Source of the DNA: Gammaproteobacteria bacterium | Lineage (GTDB): Bacteria; Pseudomonadota; Gammaproteobacteria; UBA4575 | Assembly: GCA_965262455.1 (NCBI GenBank) | Contig: CBDHFH010000003.1 | Coordinates: forward strand, 12,406-76,405 | Reading direction: 5' to 3' | DNA: 64,000 bases | In this document: one piece after another, positions 30,835 to 41,033 of the stretch | Numbering within the stretch: position 1 is the stretch's first letter | How the letters are laid out: each line of letters starts with the position of its first letter | Program-made: the position numbers and the translations under genes | Notes under the pieces: generated by a model | What the model saw: the letters and a program-made list of their open reading frames with translations, nothing else | Database searches by the model: none | What the model was told of the DNA's origin: nothing

Positions 30835-31067
30835 GCAATAAAACATCGGTAAAAGCAGTCAAACTGATCTTGTGGCTAAGGCTGTGCTTGTGGCATTATG
30901 GCGAACTTTTCGAACATGGCGGAAATATCCATCATGTTTGCATGACTCTGATTCAACCTATACATATCAGACTCGACTGTTTTCATAGAAGCTGTTTTTC
31001 ACGTATCACAATTACAGTTTCAATTATTTTATTTCATATAAATTAACTCACATTAAAAGGTACTGTT

Positions 31068-32351
31068 ATGCCTGGCGAAAAACTTAGTTACCCTGGAAGA
31101 AATTATCTATTTGCACCTGGTCCGACGCATATCCCTAATGAAGTAATGAATGCCATGGTCGTTCCCCAAGAAGACCATCGCGCACCGGACTTTCCACAAC
31201 TAGTGAAGCCCTTACTAGAAGACTTGAAGAAAATTTTCAGAACTAAAAAAGGCCAGTGTTTTATTTTTCCTGCAACCGGCACAGCAGGTTGGGAAATTGC
31301 ATTAGCAAATACATTATCACCTGGCGATAAAATACTGACATCACGTTTTGGTCAGTTCAGTCACTTGTGGTATGACTTAGCCATACGCATCGGCCTAGAC
31401 GTTGAACTTATTGAAATCCCATGGGGCGAAGGTGTGCCAGTCATGGAATTTAAAAAGCGTCTTCGTGCTGATAAAGATCACAAAATTAAAGCCGTTGTTG
31501 CATGTCATAATGAAACTGCGACTGGTGTGACAAGCGATATCGCCGCACTTGGCAAAATGATAAAGAAGGATCTCAAACATCCTGCGCTGTTAATGGTTGA
31601 CGGTGTTAGCTCAATTGCGAGTATTGATTTTCGCATGGACGAGTGGGGTGTAGACGTTGCCGTAAGCGGATCACAAAAAGGCTTCATGCTTCCTGCGGGT
31701 ATGGCGCTGTTAGCATTTAGTCCCAAGGCACTTGCTAAGCATAAATCTTCAAAGTGCGCGAAGTGCTTTTTAGATATCAAAGATCACATCAATACTAATA
31801 AAGACGGCTTCTTCCCGTACACGCCTTCAGTACCCATGTTACGTGGTTTACGTGCCTCACTCGACTTGCTACTCGGAGAAGGCCTAGACAATGTCTATGC
31901 TCGACACTTCCGTCTTGCCGAAGGAGTGCGTAAGGCCGTTAAAGCATGGGGCTTAGAGACGTGTGCCACTTCTCCAAAATGGCGTTCTGACACAGTTACC
32001 GCAATTTTGGCCCCACCCAGTGTTAATGCGGCAGAAGTCATCCACATTGCATATCATCGTTACAATATCTCCTTGGGTGCCGGCCTGACAAAAGTCGCAG
32101 GTAAAGTATTTCGCATCGGCCATCTTGGTGATAATAACGATGTGCGCATGATGGCCGCACTTGGTGGCGTTGAAATGGCCATGCGTGATGCCGGTATCCG
32201 TATCAAACCCGGCAGCGGTACAGGTGCAGCATGCGAATACTATCGTAAGACTGCTAAAGCAATTCCTGCGTTTAAAGCACCGGCCGCGACTAAACCTAAA
32301 GCAAAGCGTAAAACTAAAAGAAGAACAGTTAAACGCACAGCTGCAAAATAA
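31068..32351 (+). CDS. sga: serine-glyoxylate aminotransferase with a C-terminal lysine/alanine-rich basic tail
   Basis: Class V aminotransferase, SGAT-like throughout (LFAPGPTHIPNEVMNAM, SGSQKGFMLPAG). 427 aa, including a roughly 25-aa tail APAATKPKAKRKTKRRTVKRTAAK. Confidence 0.85.
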   Translation: MPGEKLSYPGRNYLFAPGPTHIPNEVMNAMVVPQEDHRAPDFPQLVKPLLEDLKKIFRTKKGQCFIFPATGTAGWEIALANTLSPGDKILTSRFGQFSHLWYDLAIRIGLDVELIEIPWGEGVPVMEFKKRLRADKDHKIKAVVACHNETATGVTSDIAALGKMIKKDLKHPALLMVDGVSSIASIDFRMDEWGVDVAVSGSQKGFMLPAGMALLAFSPKALAKHKSSKCAKCFLDIKDHINTNKDGFFPYTPSVPMLRGLRASLDLLLGEGLDNVYARHFRLAEGVRKAVKAWGLETCATSPKWRSDTVTAILAPPSVNAAEVIHIAYHRYNISLGAGLTKVAGKVFRIGHLGDNNDVRMMAALGGVEMAMRDAGIRIKPGSGTGAACEYYRKTAKAIPAFKAPAATKPKAKRKTKRRTVKRTAAK

Positions 32352-32367
32352 GAGAGGATATTAACCT

Positions 32368-33315
32368 ATGAGTTTTACACAACCTACACCTGCCAGACAA
32401 AGAGTGCAGCGATGCGAGCTCGCAGTACCTGCATCCAATGTCAAAATGATCGAGAAGTCCGCCGACTGTGATGCAGACTTTGTATTTCTAGATTTAGAAG
32501 ATGCCGTCGCACCGGGTGACAAAGTTCAAGCACGTAAGAACGCCATTGAAGCGGTCAATGATATTGACTGGGCTGGTAAAGGCAAAACGATTGCAGTTCG
32601 CATTAATGGCCTTGATACACATTATATGTATCGTGATGTCATAGATCTTGTCGAACAAGCAGGCAGTAAGCTCGATACGATTTTTATTCCTAAAGCGGGT
32701 GTTCCGGCGGATGTTTACATGGTTGATGCCTTACTTACTCAAATCGAGGAAGCCAAAGGATTCGAAAATAAAATCGCCATAGAAGCCATCATTGAAACCA
32801 CCTTAGGCATGTCCAACGTAGAGTCGATTGCGCAATCAAGCCCGCGCCTGGAAGCTCTGCACTTTGGTGTAGCGGACTACTCAGCTAGTTGTCGTGCGCG
32901 TACCGTTAATATTGGTGGGTTAAATCCAGATTACCCGGGTGACCAGTGGCATTCCGCAATCTCACGCATGGTTGTTGCTTGTCGCGCATATGGTTTACGT
33001 CCTATTGACGGTCCATTCGGCGATATCAAAGACCCGGAAGGTTACATGCTGGCATGTCGTCGTGGTGCTGCACTTGGTATCGAGGGTAAATGGGCTATCC
33101 ACCCATCACAAATTGAAATGGCGAATGAGGTCTTCTCTCCACCTGAAGAAGAGGTCGCAAAAGCACATCGAATTCTAGAAGAACTAGAAAAAGCCGCTCA
33201 AGCGGGCCAAGGCGCTGCCACCTTGGATGGCAAAATGATCGACGCGGCGTCAGCAAAAATGGCAGAGAACGTTGTTCGTGCCGCTGAAGCCATTGCTGCT
33301 AAGAGTAAATCTTAA
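32368..33315 (+). CDS. mcl: malyl-CoA lyase
   Basis: Near-collinear with MclA of serine-cycle methylotrophs (FLDLEDAVAP, INGLDTHYMYRDV, GKWAIHPSQI). 315 aa. Confidence 0.9.
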   Translation: MSFTQPTPARQRVQRCELAVPASNVKMIEKSADCDADFVFLDLEDAVAPGDKVQARKNAIEAVNDIDWAGKGKTIAVRINGLDTHYMYRDVIDLVEQAGSKLDTIFIPKAGVPADVYMVDALLTQIEEAKGFENKIAIEAIIETTLGMSNVESIAQSSPRLEALHFGVADYSASCRARTVNIGGLNPDYPGDQWHSAISRMVVACRAYGLRPIDGPFGDIKDPEGYMLACRRGAALGIEGKWAIHPSQIEMANEVFSPPEEEVAKAHRILEELEKAAQAGQGAATLDGKMIDAASAKMAENVVRAAEAIAAKSKS

Positions 33316-33327
33316 TCACATATCTCC

Positions 33328-33353
33328 TCATGTACCTTGCACTATAGTGCAAG
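33328..33353. repeat. perfect 26-bp palindrome immediately downstream of mcl
   Basis: GTACCTTGCACTATAGTGCAAGGTAC equals its own reverse complement. No strong T-tract follows. Confidence 0.9.
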
Positions 33354-33511
33354 GTACCCCTAAAATAGTCGTATAAAAATAATAACCATATATTTTTTAC
33401 GTCTTTCCAAATCCAACGTAAGTAAATTGATGGAGTAATAATTACTCGCACGCACACTCTGTATGCGCGCGTATATTTCTTTTTTCACATTTAACATGGG
33501 AGGGAGATGCT

Positions 33512-34687
33512 GTGGACATCCACGAGTATCAAGCAAAAGAGCTATTATCCAAATTCGGCGTCAGTATCGCGCCAGGTGGATTAGCATACAGCCCGGAACA
33601 GGCTGTTTATCGCGCTAAAGAAATTGGCGGAAATAAATGGGTGGTTAAAGCACAAATACACTCTGGCGCACGCGGAAAAGCAGGCGGTGTAAAACTGTGT
33701 ACGTCTGAAGAAGAAGTACTCGCTGTTGCCACTGAGTTACTTGGAAAAACCCTAGTCACGCACCAAACCGGGCCACAAGGAAAAGTTGTCTACCGCCTGT
33801 ATATAGAAGAAGGCACAGACATCGAAAAAGAACTCTACGTTGCGCTTGTGCTTGACCGAGTTAAACAACGCGTGGCAATTATTGCATCAACCGAAGGCGG
33901 CATGGACATTGAAGAAGTGGCCGCCACTAATCCTGATGCCATTATTCGAACTGAAATCGAACCACAAGTCGGTTTGACCGACTTCCAGGCACGTGAAATC
34001 GCGTTCCAACTTGGTCTCGATCCTTCTCTTATCTCTCAAGCAGTAAAAACCTTAAAAGGTGCATACCGCTCTTTCACAGAACTTGATGCAACTATGGTTG
34101 AAATCAATCCATTAGTGATTACCAAGGACGGCCACATCCGTGCACTTGATGCCAAAATGGGATTTGATAGTAATGCCCTATTCCGTCGCCCACAAATTGC
34201 TGAATTACGTGATAAATCTCAAGAAGATCCTCGCGAAACTGCAGCTTCAGACTATGGCTTAAGTTATGTTGGTTTAGACGGCGATATCGGTTGCATGATT
34301 AACGGTGCCGGCTTAGCCATGGCATCCCTTGATATGATCAAGCACAAAGGCGGCGAACCTGCCAACTTCCTAGATATTGGTGGCGGTGCCTCACCCGAAC
34401 GTGTCGCAAAAGCATTTGAACTGGTACTTGCAGATGAGGGCGTAAAAGCATTTCTAGTCAATATTTTTGCCGGCATTAACCGTTGCGATTGGATTGCTGA
34501 AGGGATTGTTCAAGCCTTCAAACAGTTAGACGTGAAAGTACCTCTCGTGGTTAGACTCTCTGGAACCAATGTTGAGCAAGGACAAAAAATTCTTGCCGAT
34601 AGCGGTTTACCAATTATCAATGCGCACACACTTGCTGAAGCTGCTGAAAAAGCGGTAGAAGCACGCAACCAAGCCGTTGGCGCCTAG
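33512..34687 (+). CDS. mtkA: malate thiokinase (malate-CoA ligase) large/beta subunit
   Basis: ATP-grasp succinyl-CoA-synthetase-beta-like ([28 protein letters not shown]). 391 aa. Lies in the serine-cycle block. Confidence 0.9.
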   Translation: MDIHEYQAKELLSKFGVSIAPGGLAYSPEQAVYRAKEIGGNKWVVKAQIHSGARGKAGGVKLCTSEEEVLAVATELLGKTLVTHQTGPQGKVVYRLYIEEGTDIEKELYVALVLDRVKQRVAIIASTEGGMDIEEVAATNPDAIIRTEIEPQVGLTDFQAREIAFQLGLDPSLISQAVKTLKGAYRSFTELDATMVEINPLVITKDGHIRALDAKMGFDSNALFRRPQIAELRDKSQEDPRETAASDYGLSYVGLDGDIGCMINGAGLAMASLDMIKHKGGEPANFLDIGGGASPERVAKAFELVLADEGVKAFLVNIFAGINRCDWIAEGIVQAFKQLDVKVPLVVRLSGTNVEQGQKILADSGLPIINAHTLAEAAEKAVEARNQAVGA

Positions 34688-34711
34688 TTCAAGGAAAAGG
34701 GAGATTAACTT

Positions 34712-35599
34712 ATGACTGTATTACTTAATGAAAATACCAAAGTAATCGTACAAGGTTTTACCGGAAAGATTGGTACTTTCCACGCTGAAGAAATGATGGA
34801 ATACGGCACCAACCTAGTGGGCGGCGTAACACCGGGTAAAGGCGGAAAAGAGCATCTTGGCAAGCCAGTATTCAATACTGTTAAAGAAGCTGTCAACGAA
34901 GTCGGCGCTGAAGCCAGCATCATTTTCGTCCCGGCAGCATTTGCTGCTGACTCCATCATGGAAGCGGCAGATGCGGGCATTAAATATTGTGTCGCTATTT
35001 CTGATGGCATCCCAGCGCAAGACATGATGAAAGTGAAGCGCTACATGTATCGTTACAAAAAAGAAGACCGCATGGTCCTCACTGGCCCTAACTGTGCAGG
35101 CACCATCAGCCCAGGCAAAGCCATGCTAGGCATTATGCCAGGCCATATATACATGGAAGGCAATGTCGGTGTGGTCGGCCGCTCTGGCACATTGGGATAC
35201 GAAGCAGCATCACAAATGAAAGCGCTAGGCATTGGTATCACTACCAGTGTTGGCATTGGCGGTGACCCCATCAATGGCAGCTCTCACAAAGACATACTCG
35301 AGCACTTCGAAAAAGATCCAGATACTAAAGCGGTGATGATGATAGGTGAAATCGGTGGTCCACAAGAAGCCGAAGCAGCCGAGTTCTTCAAAAATCATAT
35401 GACAAAGCCATTGGTGGCTTATATTGCAGGCCTCACAGCACCTAAAGGACGACGCATGGGTCATGCTGGAGCAATTGTTTCGGGTGTCGGTGAAAGCGCT
35501 GCAGAGAAAGTCGCACTTCTCCAAGAAGCGGGCGTGACTGTTGCACCTAATCCATCGGATCTAGGCATTACGATGGAAAAAGTACTCAAAGAAATGTAA
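34712..35599 (+). CDS. mtkB: malate thiokinase small/alpha subunit
   Basis: SucD-like CoA-binding subunit (VIVQGFTGKIGTFH, catalytic His region GHAGAIVSG). 295 aa. Confidence 0.9.
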   Translation: MTVLLNENTKVIVQGFTGKIGTFHAEEMMEYGTNLVGGVTPGKGGKEHLGKPVFNTVKEAVNEVGAEASIIFVPAAFAADSIMEAADAGIKYCVAISDGIPAQDMMKVKRYMYRYKKEDRMVLTGPNCAGTISPGKAMLGIMPGHIYMEGNVGVVGRSGTLGYEAASQMKALGIGITTSVGIGGDPINGSSHKDILEHFEKDPDTKAVMMIGEIGGPQEAEAAEFFKNHMTKPLVAYIAGLTAPKGRRMGHAGAIVSGVGESAAEKVALLQEAGVTVAPNPSDLGITMEKVLKEM

Positions 35600-35669
35600 C
35601 TACGTATTGCGTGCAGTCATGCTGCCCAATCGCAAATCGGAATAAATCAATTTAGGGAGAGTCCTGAAA

Positions 35670-36638
35670 ATGAGTAAACCTAAAGTTATCGTTACCCGCA
35701 AATGGCCAGAACCCGTTGAAGCTCAGCTTAAAGAGTTATACGACGTTCAACTTAATGACAATGACGTTGCAATGACGCCAGACGAAATGAAAGCAGCACT
35801 TAATAACTGCGATGCATTTTGTCCTACGGTAACAGATCCAGTTAACGCAGATGTGTTAGGAACAGCGGATATTTCAGCGAAGATAATTGCCAGCTATGGT
35901 GTTGGCTTTAACCATATCGACTTGGACGCGGCAAAAGCACGCAATCTTACTGTCACCAACACACCTGAAGTGTTAACAGACTGCACTGCTGACATTGCCA
36001 TGGGTTTACTACTTTCTGCCGCACGCAGAATTGGCGAAGGTGAACGTCACTTGCGTGGTGGCGAATGGACTGGTTGGCGTCCAACTCACATGATGGCAAC
36101 TAAAGTCACTGGAAAAACCTTGGGCTGTATTGGCTTTGGACGTATCGCACAAGCCACCGCTGCGCGTGCACATTTTGGTTTCGGTATGAAAATCATTTTC
36201 AGTGATCCTTACCCACCTTCACAAGAAGTGATGAATCGCTTTGGCGCTACTCAAATGAGTGTCGAGGAAGTGTTACAGCAAGCTGACTTTGTTTCACTGC
36301 ATTGCCCTGGCGGTAAAGATACATATCACTTACTTAACGAAGAGCGCATTGGCATGATGCAAAAACATGCTGTGCTTGTTAACTCAGCACGAGGAGATGT
36401 CATCGACAACCAAGCGCTAATCAAAGCACTAAAAGATGGCACTATTGCAGGCGCAGGTTTAGATGTGTTTGAAGGTGAACCTAAGTTGGATCCTGGCTTT
36501 TTAGATTGCGAAAATGCCGTGTTACTTCCGCACCTTGGAAGTGCATCAATCGAAACACGTATTGCCATGGGTGAGCGCGTGTTAGAAAACTTAAAAGCAT
36601 TTTTTGCGGGCGATGTCCCTCGTGATAAGTTGGTATAA
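35670..36638 (+). CDS. hprA: hydroxypyruvate reductase / D-glycerate dehydrogenase (D-2-hydroxyacid dehydrogenase family)
   Basis: NAD-binding motif GCIGFGRIAQA. Catalytic R/E/H of D-2-hydroxyacid dehydrogenases. Position between mtkB and ppc. Confidence 0.7.
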   Translation: MSKPKVIVTRKWPEPVEAQLKELYDVQLNDNDVAMTPDEMKAALNNCDAFCPTVTDPVNADVLGTADISAKIIASYGVGFNHIDLDAAKARNLTVTNTPEVLTDCTADIAMGLLLSAARRIGEGERHLRGGEWTGWRPTHMMATKVTGKTLGCIGFGRIAQATAARAHFGFGMKIIFSDPYPPSQEVMNRFGATQMSVEEVLQQADFVSLHCPGGKDTYHLLNEERIGMMQKHAVLVNSARGDVIDNQALIKALKDGTIAGAGLDVFEGEPKLDPGFLDCENAVLLPHLGSASIETRIAMGERVLENLKAFFAGDVPRDKLV

Positions 36639-36710
36639 TCCAATAGCATATTATTGCTATAAACATACTTCGCATCTTCTGATGTGAAGAGTTTAGTTTA
36701 ATAAGTTAAC

Positions 36711-36740
36711 AAAAGGAGGCTGCCAGCCTCCTTTTGTACG
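36711..36740 (+). terminator. rho-independent (probably bidirectional) terminator between hprA and ppc
   Basis: AAAAGGAGGCTG-c-CAGCCTCCTTTT: near-perfect 12-bp stem flanked by A-run and T-run. Confidence 0.7.
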
Positions 36741-36761
36741 TATACAAAGCAAGTTAAAACC

Positions 36762-39557
36762 ATGACAACCAAGAAGAAATCAATGTCTATAAAATCGTTT
36801 TTATCAAACTGGACTCAGTTTGTATCGATGTCGAGTAGCGCTTCAATCTCAGAGCGAGTAACCAAGTACGGCGACGAAGTATCGGAACTTTTATTCAACA
36901 GTTTGCTTGCTGTCATTCGCAAACGTAGCCCTGAAATTGAAGATATTATTCTTGGTAACCAGGAGCTACGACAGTCGAACGAAACATTACTGACTCACGC
37001 ACTGCAAGCATATGGCATTTGGTTTCAGTTATTATCTATTCTTGATCAACATGTTCATGAAAAGCGCTTGCGCTTGATAGAAACAGATATAGGTCATGAT
37101 CAAGTACCCGGGACATTTGCGCAAGTCGTTGCACAAGCAGCAAACGAAGGTGTCACAGCGGAACAACTGCAAAACGTATTACAAAACTCATCTATCTTGC
37201 CCACTATTACGGCACACCCAACAGAAGCAAAGCGCGTGACTGTGCTGGAAATTCATCACCGAATTTATATGCTACTTAAGCAGCTCGAGAAAGACCGCAC
37301 TACTCCACGCGAAAAAGATATGCTTAAACAAAAAGTCAAAGATGAAATTGATCTACTTTGGCTGACGGGTGAGATTCGTCTCGAAAAACCAACGGTTCTA
37401 CAAGAAGTATCTTGGGGAATGCATTTCTTTAAAGAGTCACTATACGAAGGGGTGGTGCAACTCTATTCAGAATTAGAACGTGTGCTTATTACCTATTATC
37501 CGGATAGCGAATTTAATATTCCGGCATTTTTCCAGTTTGGTTCATGGATTGGTGGCGATCGTGATGGTAATCCTTTTGTTACTACCGAAGTGACAGATCA
37601 TGCAGTTAAACAATCTGCTAAAGCCACTCTGCAACATTACCTTACTGAATTAAAGCAACTTGGTTCTTATTTAAGTATCGCTAATCATTCAGTTGAGTTA
37701 CCCGAAAAATTTTATGATGAACTAAATAATATCCTAGAAAAAAGCGGAGAAGCAGATAACATAAAGTCACGCAATCCGGGCGAAGTATTTAGACAGATTG
37801 TCTATTGCATTGTTAAACGCCTTACCGCCAATCTTTATCAACTTTCTACTGACAGCAAACAAATCATTGCTTATGCATCTGCCGGTGAAATCGCAGCTGA
37901 TTTGCGCGTCATAGAAGATGGACTTATTGCAGCCAAGTGTGAATCACTATGCATGAACTATATTCGTCCATTCCGCCATGCTGTCGAAGCATTTGGTTTT
38001 CACACCACAAGCTTGGATCTAAGACAAAATTCAACCGTCACCACACAGGCATTACAAGACATCTGGAAAGTACAAAATGGTCTAGATGACGAGCCGCCGG
38101 CGAAAGAGAGTAAACAATGGCGTGATTGGCTATTAGAGAAAATTCAAGAGCCTATCGATCGGCTGCCACAGTTTAGCTCGCTATCGGAAATGAGTGCAGC
38201 GACGCTCGAGCTGATGGCTTTAATTCGTAACCTGCAAGAAAAAGTCGATCGTGATGCATTTGGTGTGTTTATTTTAAGTATGACGCAGTCGAGTGAAGAC
38301 ATTATCGGCGTTTACCTGCTTGCCAAGTATGCTGGCCTGTTTACAGATGCCAAGCATGTCGAATCAAGCCGCATCTTGATTGTGCCACTGCTAGAAACGA
38401 TTGATGATTTACGCAATGGCCCAGCTATTTTAGAGGATTTACTCGATATCCCATTTGTTCGTCGTACGATTGTGGAACATGGTGGCCATCAAGAAATCAT
38501 GGTGGGTTACTCTGATTCCAATAAAGATGGTGGTTGCGTGTGTTCTACTTGGGAAGTCAGTAAAGCTCAAACAATGATTTATCAAGCCGGCCAAAAACAT
38601 GGTATTGAAATTTCATTTTTCCATGGTCGTGGCGGTTCTGTCTCTCGTGGCGGCGCACCTGCTGGTCGCGCTATTGCTGCACAACCGGCTGGCACAATTA
38701 ATGGGCGCATGCGAGTGACTGAACAAGGTGAAGTCGTCTCAAGTAAATTTGCTAACCGTGAAGTTGCTGAGCAACAGATGGAGCTGCTTGCTGCAAGTGT
38801 TCTATCGCACACACTATTCTCAAAACAGGATCCCAACTTACAAAAACGTTCTGAATATGACGAGATCATGGAGATACTGTCTTCAACGTCGCAAATAAGA
38901 TATCGAGAGTTAGTCGAAACACCGGGATTGGTCGATTTCTATCAATATGCCAGTCCGGTTGAAGAACTCACTCTGATGAAAATTGGGTCACGCCCGGCAC
39001 GACGCTTTGGCGCTTCAAGTCTTGATGACTTACGTGCAATTCCATGGGTATTTGCCTGGACTCAGAACCGCTTAATGGTTCCGGGGTGGTATGGCTATGG
39101 TACAGCAATTAATCATCTGCTAAATGAACGTGGCGAGGATGGCTTAACAATATTGCATGAAATGTTTGAGAAGTGCCCTATCTTCAGACTCATCACAGAC
39201 AACGTAGAAAAAATGTTATTTCTGACTGACTTTGATGTCGCCAATGAATATGCATCATTAGTCGAAGATGAAACAAGCTGCAAAGAAATTATGGGCTTAA
39301 TTCAGTCAGAGCGTGAACTCACAGAACAAATGTTACTTAAAGTGACACAAGAAACAGAGTTGTGTAAGCGTTTCCCTAATTTCCATGACACAATGGTCGC
39401 AAGAATTGACGGCATCAAACAAATTGGCTTGGAACAAGTAAAACTTGTCAAGCAATTCAGAGATCCTGATACGACCAAGATTAGCGGACAGGAAAGCTTG
39501 GTTCCGCTGTTGTTATCAATTAACTGCGTAGCTGCTGGTTTAGGCTGGACCGGATAA
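36762..39557 (+). CDS. ppc: phosphoenolpyruvate carboxylase
   Basis: 931 aa with PEPC signatures (VMVGYSDSNKDGG, FHGRGGSVSRGG). Possible start at 36783. Confidence 0.9.
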   Translation: MTTKKKSMSIKSFLSNWTQFVSMSSSASISERVTKYGDEVSELLFNSLLAVIRKRSPEIEDIILGNQELRQSNETLLTHALQAYGIWFQLLSILDQHVHEKRLRLIETDIGHDQVPGTFAQVVAQAANEGVTAEQLQNVLQNSSILPTITAHPTEAKRVTVLEIHHRIYMLLKQLEKDRTTPREKDMLKQKVKDEIDLLWLTGEIRLEKPTVLQEVSWGMHFFKESLYEGVVQLYSELERVLITYYPDSEFNIPAFFQFGSWIGGDRDGNPFVTTEVTDHAVKQSAKATLQHYLTELKQLGSYLSIANHSVELPEKFYDELNNILEKSGEADNIKSRNPGEVFRQIVYCIVKRLTANLYQLSTDSKQIIAYASAGEIAADLRVIEDGLIAAKCESLCMNYIRPFRHAVEAFGFHTTSLDLRQNSTVTTQALQDIWKVQNGLDDEPPAKESKQWRDWLLEKIQEPIDRLPQFSSLSEMSAATLELMALIRNLQEKVDRDAFGVFILSMTQSSEDIIGVYLLAKYAGLFTDAKHVESSRILIVPLLETIDDLRNGPAILEDLLDIPFVRRTIVEHGGHQEIMVGYSDSNKDGGCVCSTWEVSKAQTMIYQAGQKHGIEISFFHGRGGSVSRGGAPAGRAIAAQPAGTINGRMRVTEQGEVVSSKFANREVAEQQMELLAASVLSHTLFSKQDPNLQKRSEYDEIMEILSSTSQIRYRELVETPGLVDFYQYASPVEELTLMKIGSRPARRFGASSLDDLRAIPWVFAWTQNRLMVPGWYGYGTAINHLLNERGEDGLTILHEMFEKCPIFRLITDNVEKMLFLTDFDVANEYASLVEDETSCKEIMGLIQSERELTEQMLLKVTQETELCKRFPNFHDTMVARIDGIKQIGLEQVKLVKQFRDPDTTKISGQESLVPLLLSINCVAAGLGWTG

Positions 39558-39720
39558 TCTTGTTATTGCATTCGAATATACTGTATTAAAAAATAATTTA
39601 AGCTGCGGATTTACTCAATATAAATTCGTCACTTGAATTATTTGTTTGCCTTGTACTTTTATCGCTAGTAACACAGAAATAATTAAACTGAATTAATATA
39701 AAATTTACCCATCAAATCTA

Positions 39721-40578
39721 ATGAAAAAGTTACTTTACCATTTCGATACTGACAAGATACCCAGTGTTTTTGATTCTGTGGTGGCCTATGACGGTGGCGC
39801 AGATCATGTTACTCAACTGGCAGGCATTAATCCTGACAATTGTTATTCCCTAGTTGAAGGGGCAATTTATACGCGTGCACCTAAACACAAGAAAAATACC
39901 GCTTTGTTTATTGGAGGTAGCGATTTAGCTGCCGGCCAAACATTATTTGAAGCAGTACAAAAAATATTTTTTCAAAACTTCCGTGTATCTGTGATGCTTG
40001 ATAGTAACGGCTGTAACACAACCGCTGCTGCAGGGGTAGCACTGATCGCTAACTCTACTGATATTCAAGGCAAAACGGCAGTCGTATTAGCTGGCACCGG
40101 TCCTGTTGGTCAGCGTGCCGCCGCAATGCTTGCCATGAACGGTGCTAATGTTCGTTTAACTTCACGCAAATTAGATCGTTCCCAACAATCATGTGAATTA
40201 ATGCAACAGCAATTTGGTGTCGAATTAACTCCTATGGTTGCCGCGGATGATGAATCGATTAGTCAAGCACTGGATAATGCTCATATTGTATTTGGTGCTG
40301 GCAAGACAGGCATTCAGTTATTAAATGCACAGCAGTGGCAAGATCATCCAACCATCGAAGTCATGGCAGACGTTAATACCGCGCCACCTCTTGGTTTTGA
40401 GGGCATCGACATGATGGATAAAAATGAGCAGCGCTTTGGCAAGCGTATTTTTGGCGGCATCGGCATTGGCGCACTTAAATTACAATTGCATCGTGCATGT
40501 ATTGCGCGTTTATTTGAAAGTAATGACTTGGTGCTTGACGCCAAAGAAGTTTATCAGACTGCAGAATCGCTACTTTAA
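39721..40578 (+). CDS. mtdA: NADP-dependent methylene-H4MPT/methylene-H4F dehydrogenase
   Basis: 285 aa, MtdA-like (VVAYDGGADHV, AVVLAGTGPVGQRAA Rossmann motif). Confidence 0.85.
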   Translation: MKKLLYHFDTDKIPSVFDSVVAYDGGADHVTQLAGINPDNCYSLVEGAIYTRAPKHKKNTALFIGGSDLAAGQTLFEAVQKIFFQNFRVSVMLDSNGCNTTAAAGVALIANSTDIQGKTAVVLAGTGPVGQRAAAMLAMNGANVRLTSRKLDRSQQSCELMQQQFGVELTPMVAADDESISQALDNAHIVFGAGKTGIQLLNAQQWQDHPTIEVMADVNTAPPLGFEGIDMMDKNEQRFGKRIFGGIGIGALKLQLHRACIARLFESNDLVLDAKEVYQTAESLL

Positions 40579-40588
40579 CATCAAGCTT

Positions 40589-40969
40589 ATGCAACGCAAT
40601 CAACATCCAACATTCGGATATAAGCGTATATTCAATGCGGTAATCTTTTCTTTTCGCGGCATTGCTGCTACCTGGAAAAGTGAAGCGGCTTTTCGTGAAG
40701 AGATTATTTCGGGTATTATTTTATTCCCCGCGGCATTTTTACTTGGCGAATCACTCACGCAGACAGCCATATTAATCATTCCATTATTTATAGTATTGAT
40801 TGTTGAATTACTTAATACCGGGATTGAACACGTGGTTGACCGCGTTGGCTTGGAACATCATGAGTTATCAAAATTGGCAAAAGATGCGGGTTCCGCTGCG
40901 GTATTCCTGGGCAATATGTTAATCATTAGTGTATGGACACTGGTGGCATTCGATCGATTCCTTTTCTAA
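40589..40969 (+). CDS. dgkA: diacylglycerol kinase
   Basis: 127 aa from the ATG at 40589. E. coli DgkA-like (FREEIISGI, VELLNTGIEHVVDRVGLEHHELSKLAKDAGSAAV). The ORF track begins upstream at a non-homologous extension. Confidence 0.85.
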   Translation: MQRNQHPTFGYKRIFNAVIFSFRGIAATWKSEAAFREEIISGIILFPAAFLLGESLTQTAILIIPLFIVLIVELLNTGIEHVVDRVGLEHHELSKLAKDAGSAAVFLGNMLIISVWTLVAFDRFLF

Positions 40970-41033
40970 TCATTCAGCAATACTTTCTTCAATTTCTATG
41001 TTTTGATACTGGCGTTGGTCATATAATCACACT

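Noticed and set aside
38582-38869. Minus-strand 95-aa ORF within ppc, and similar small antisense ORFs within sga, mtkA, mtkB, hprA, fhcD and folD
   Set aside because: They are embedded antisense in highly conserved enzyme genes, with no independent signals.
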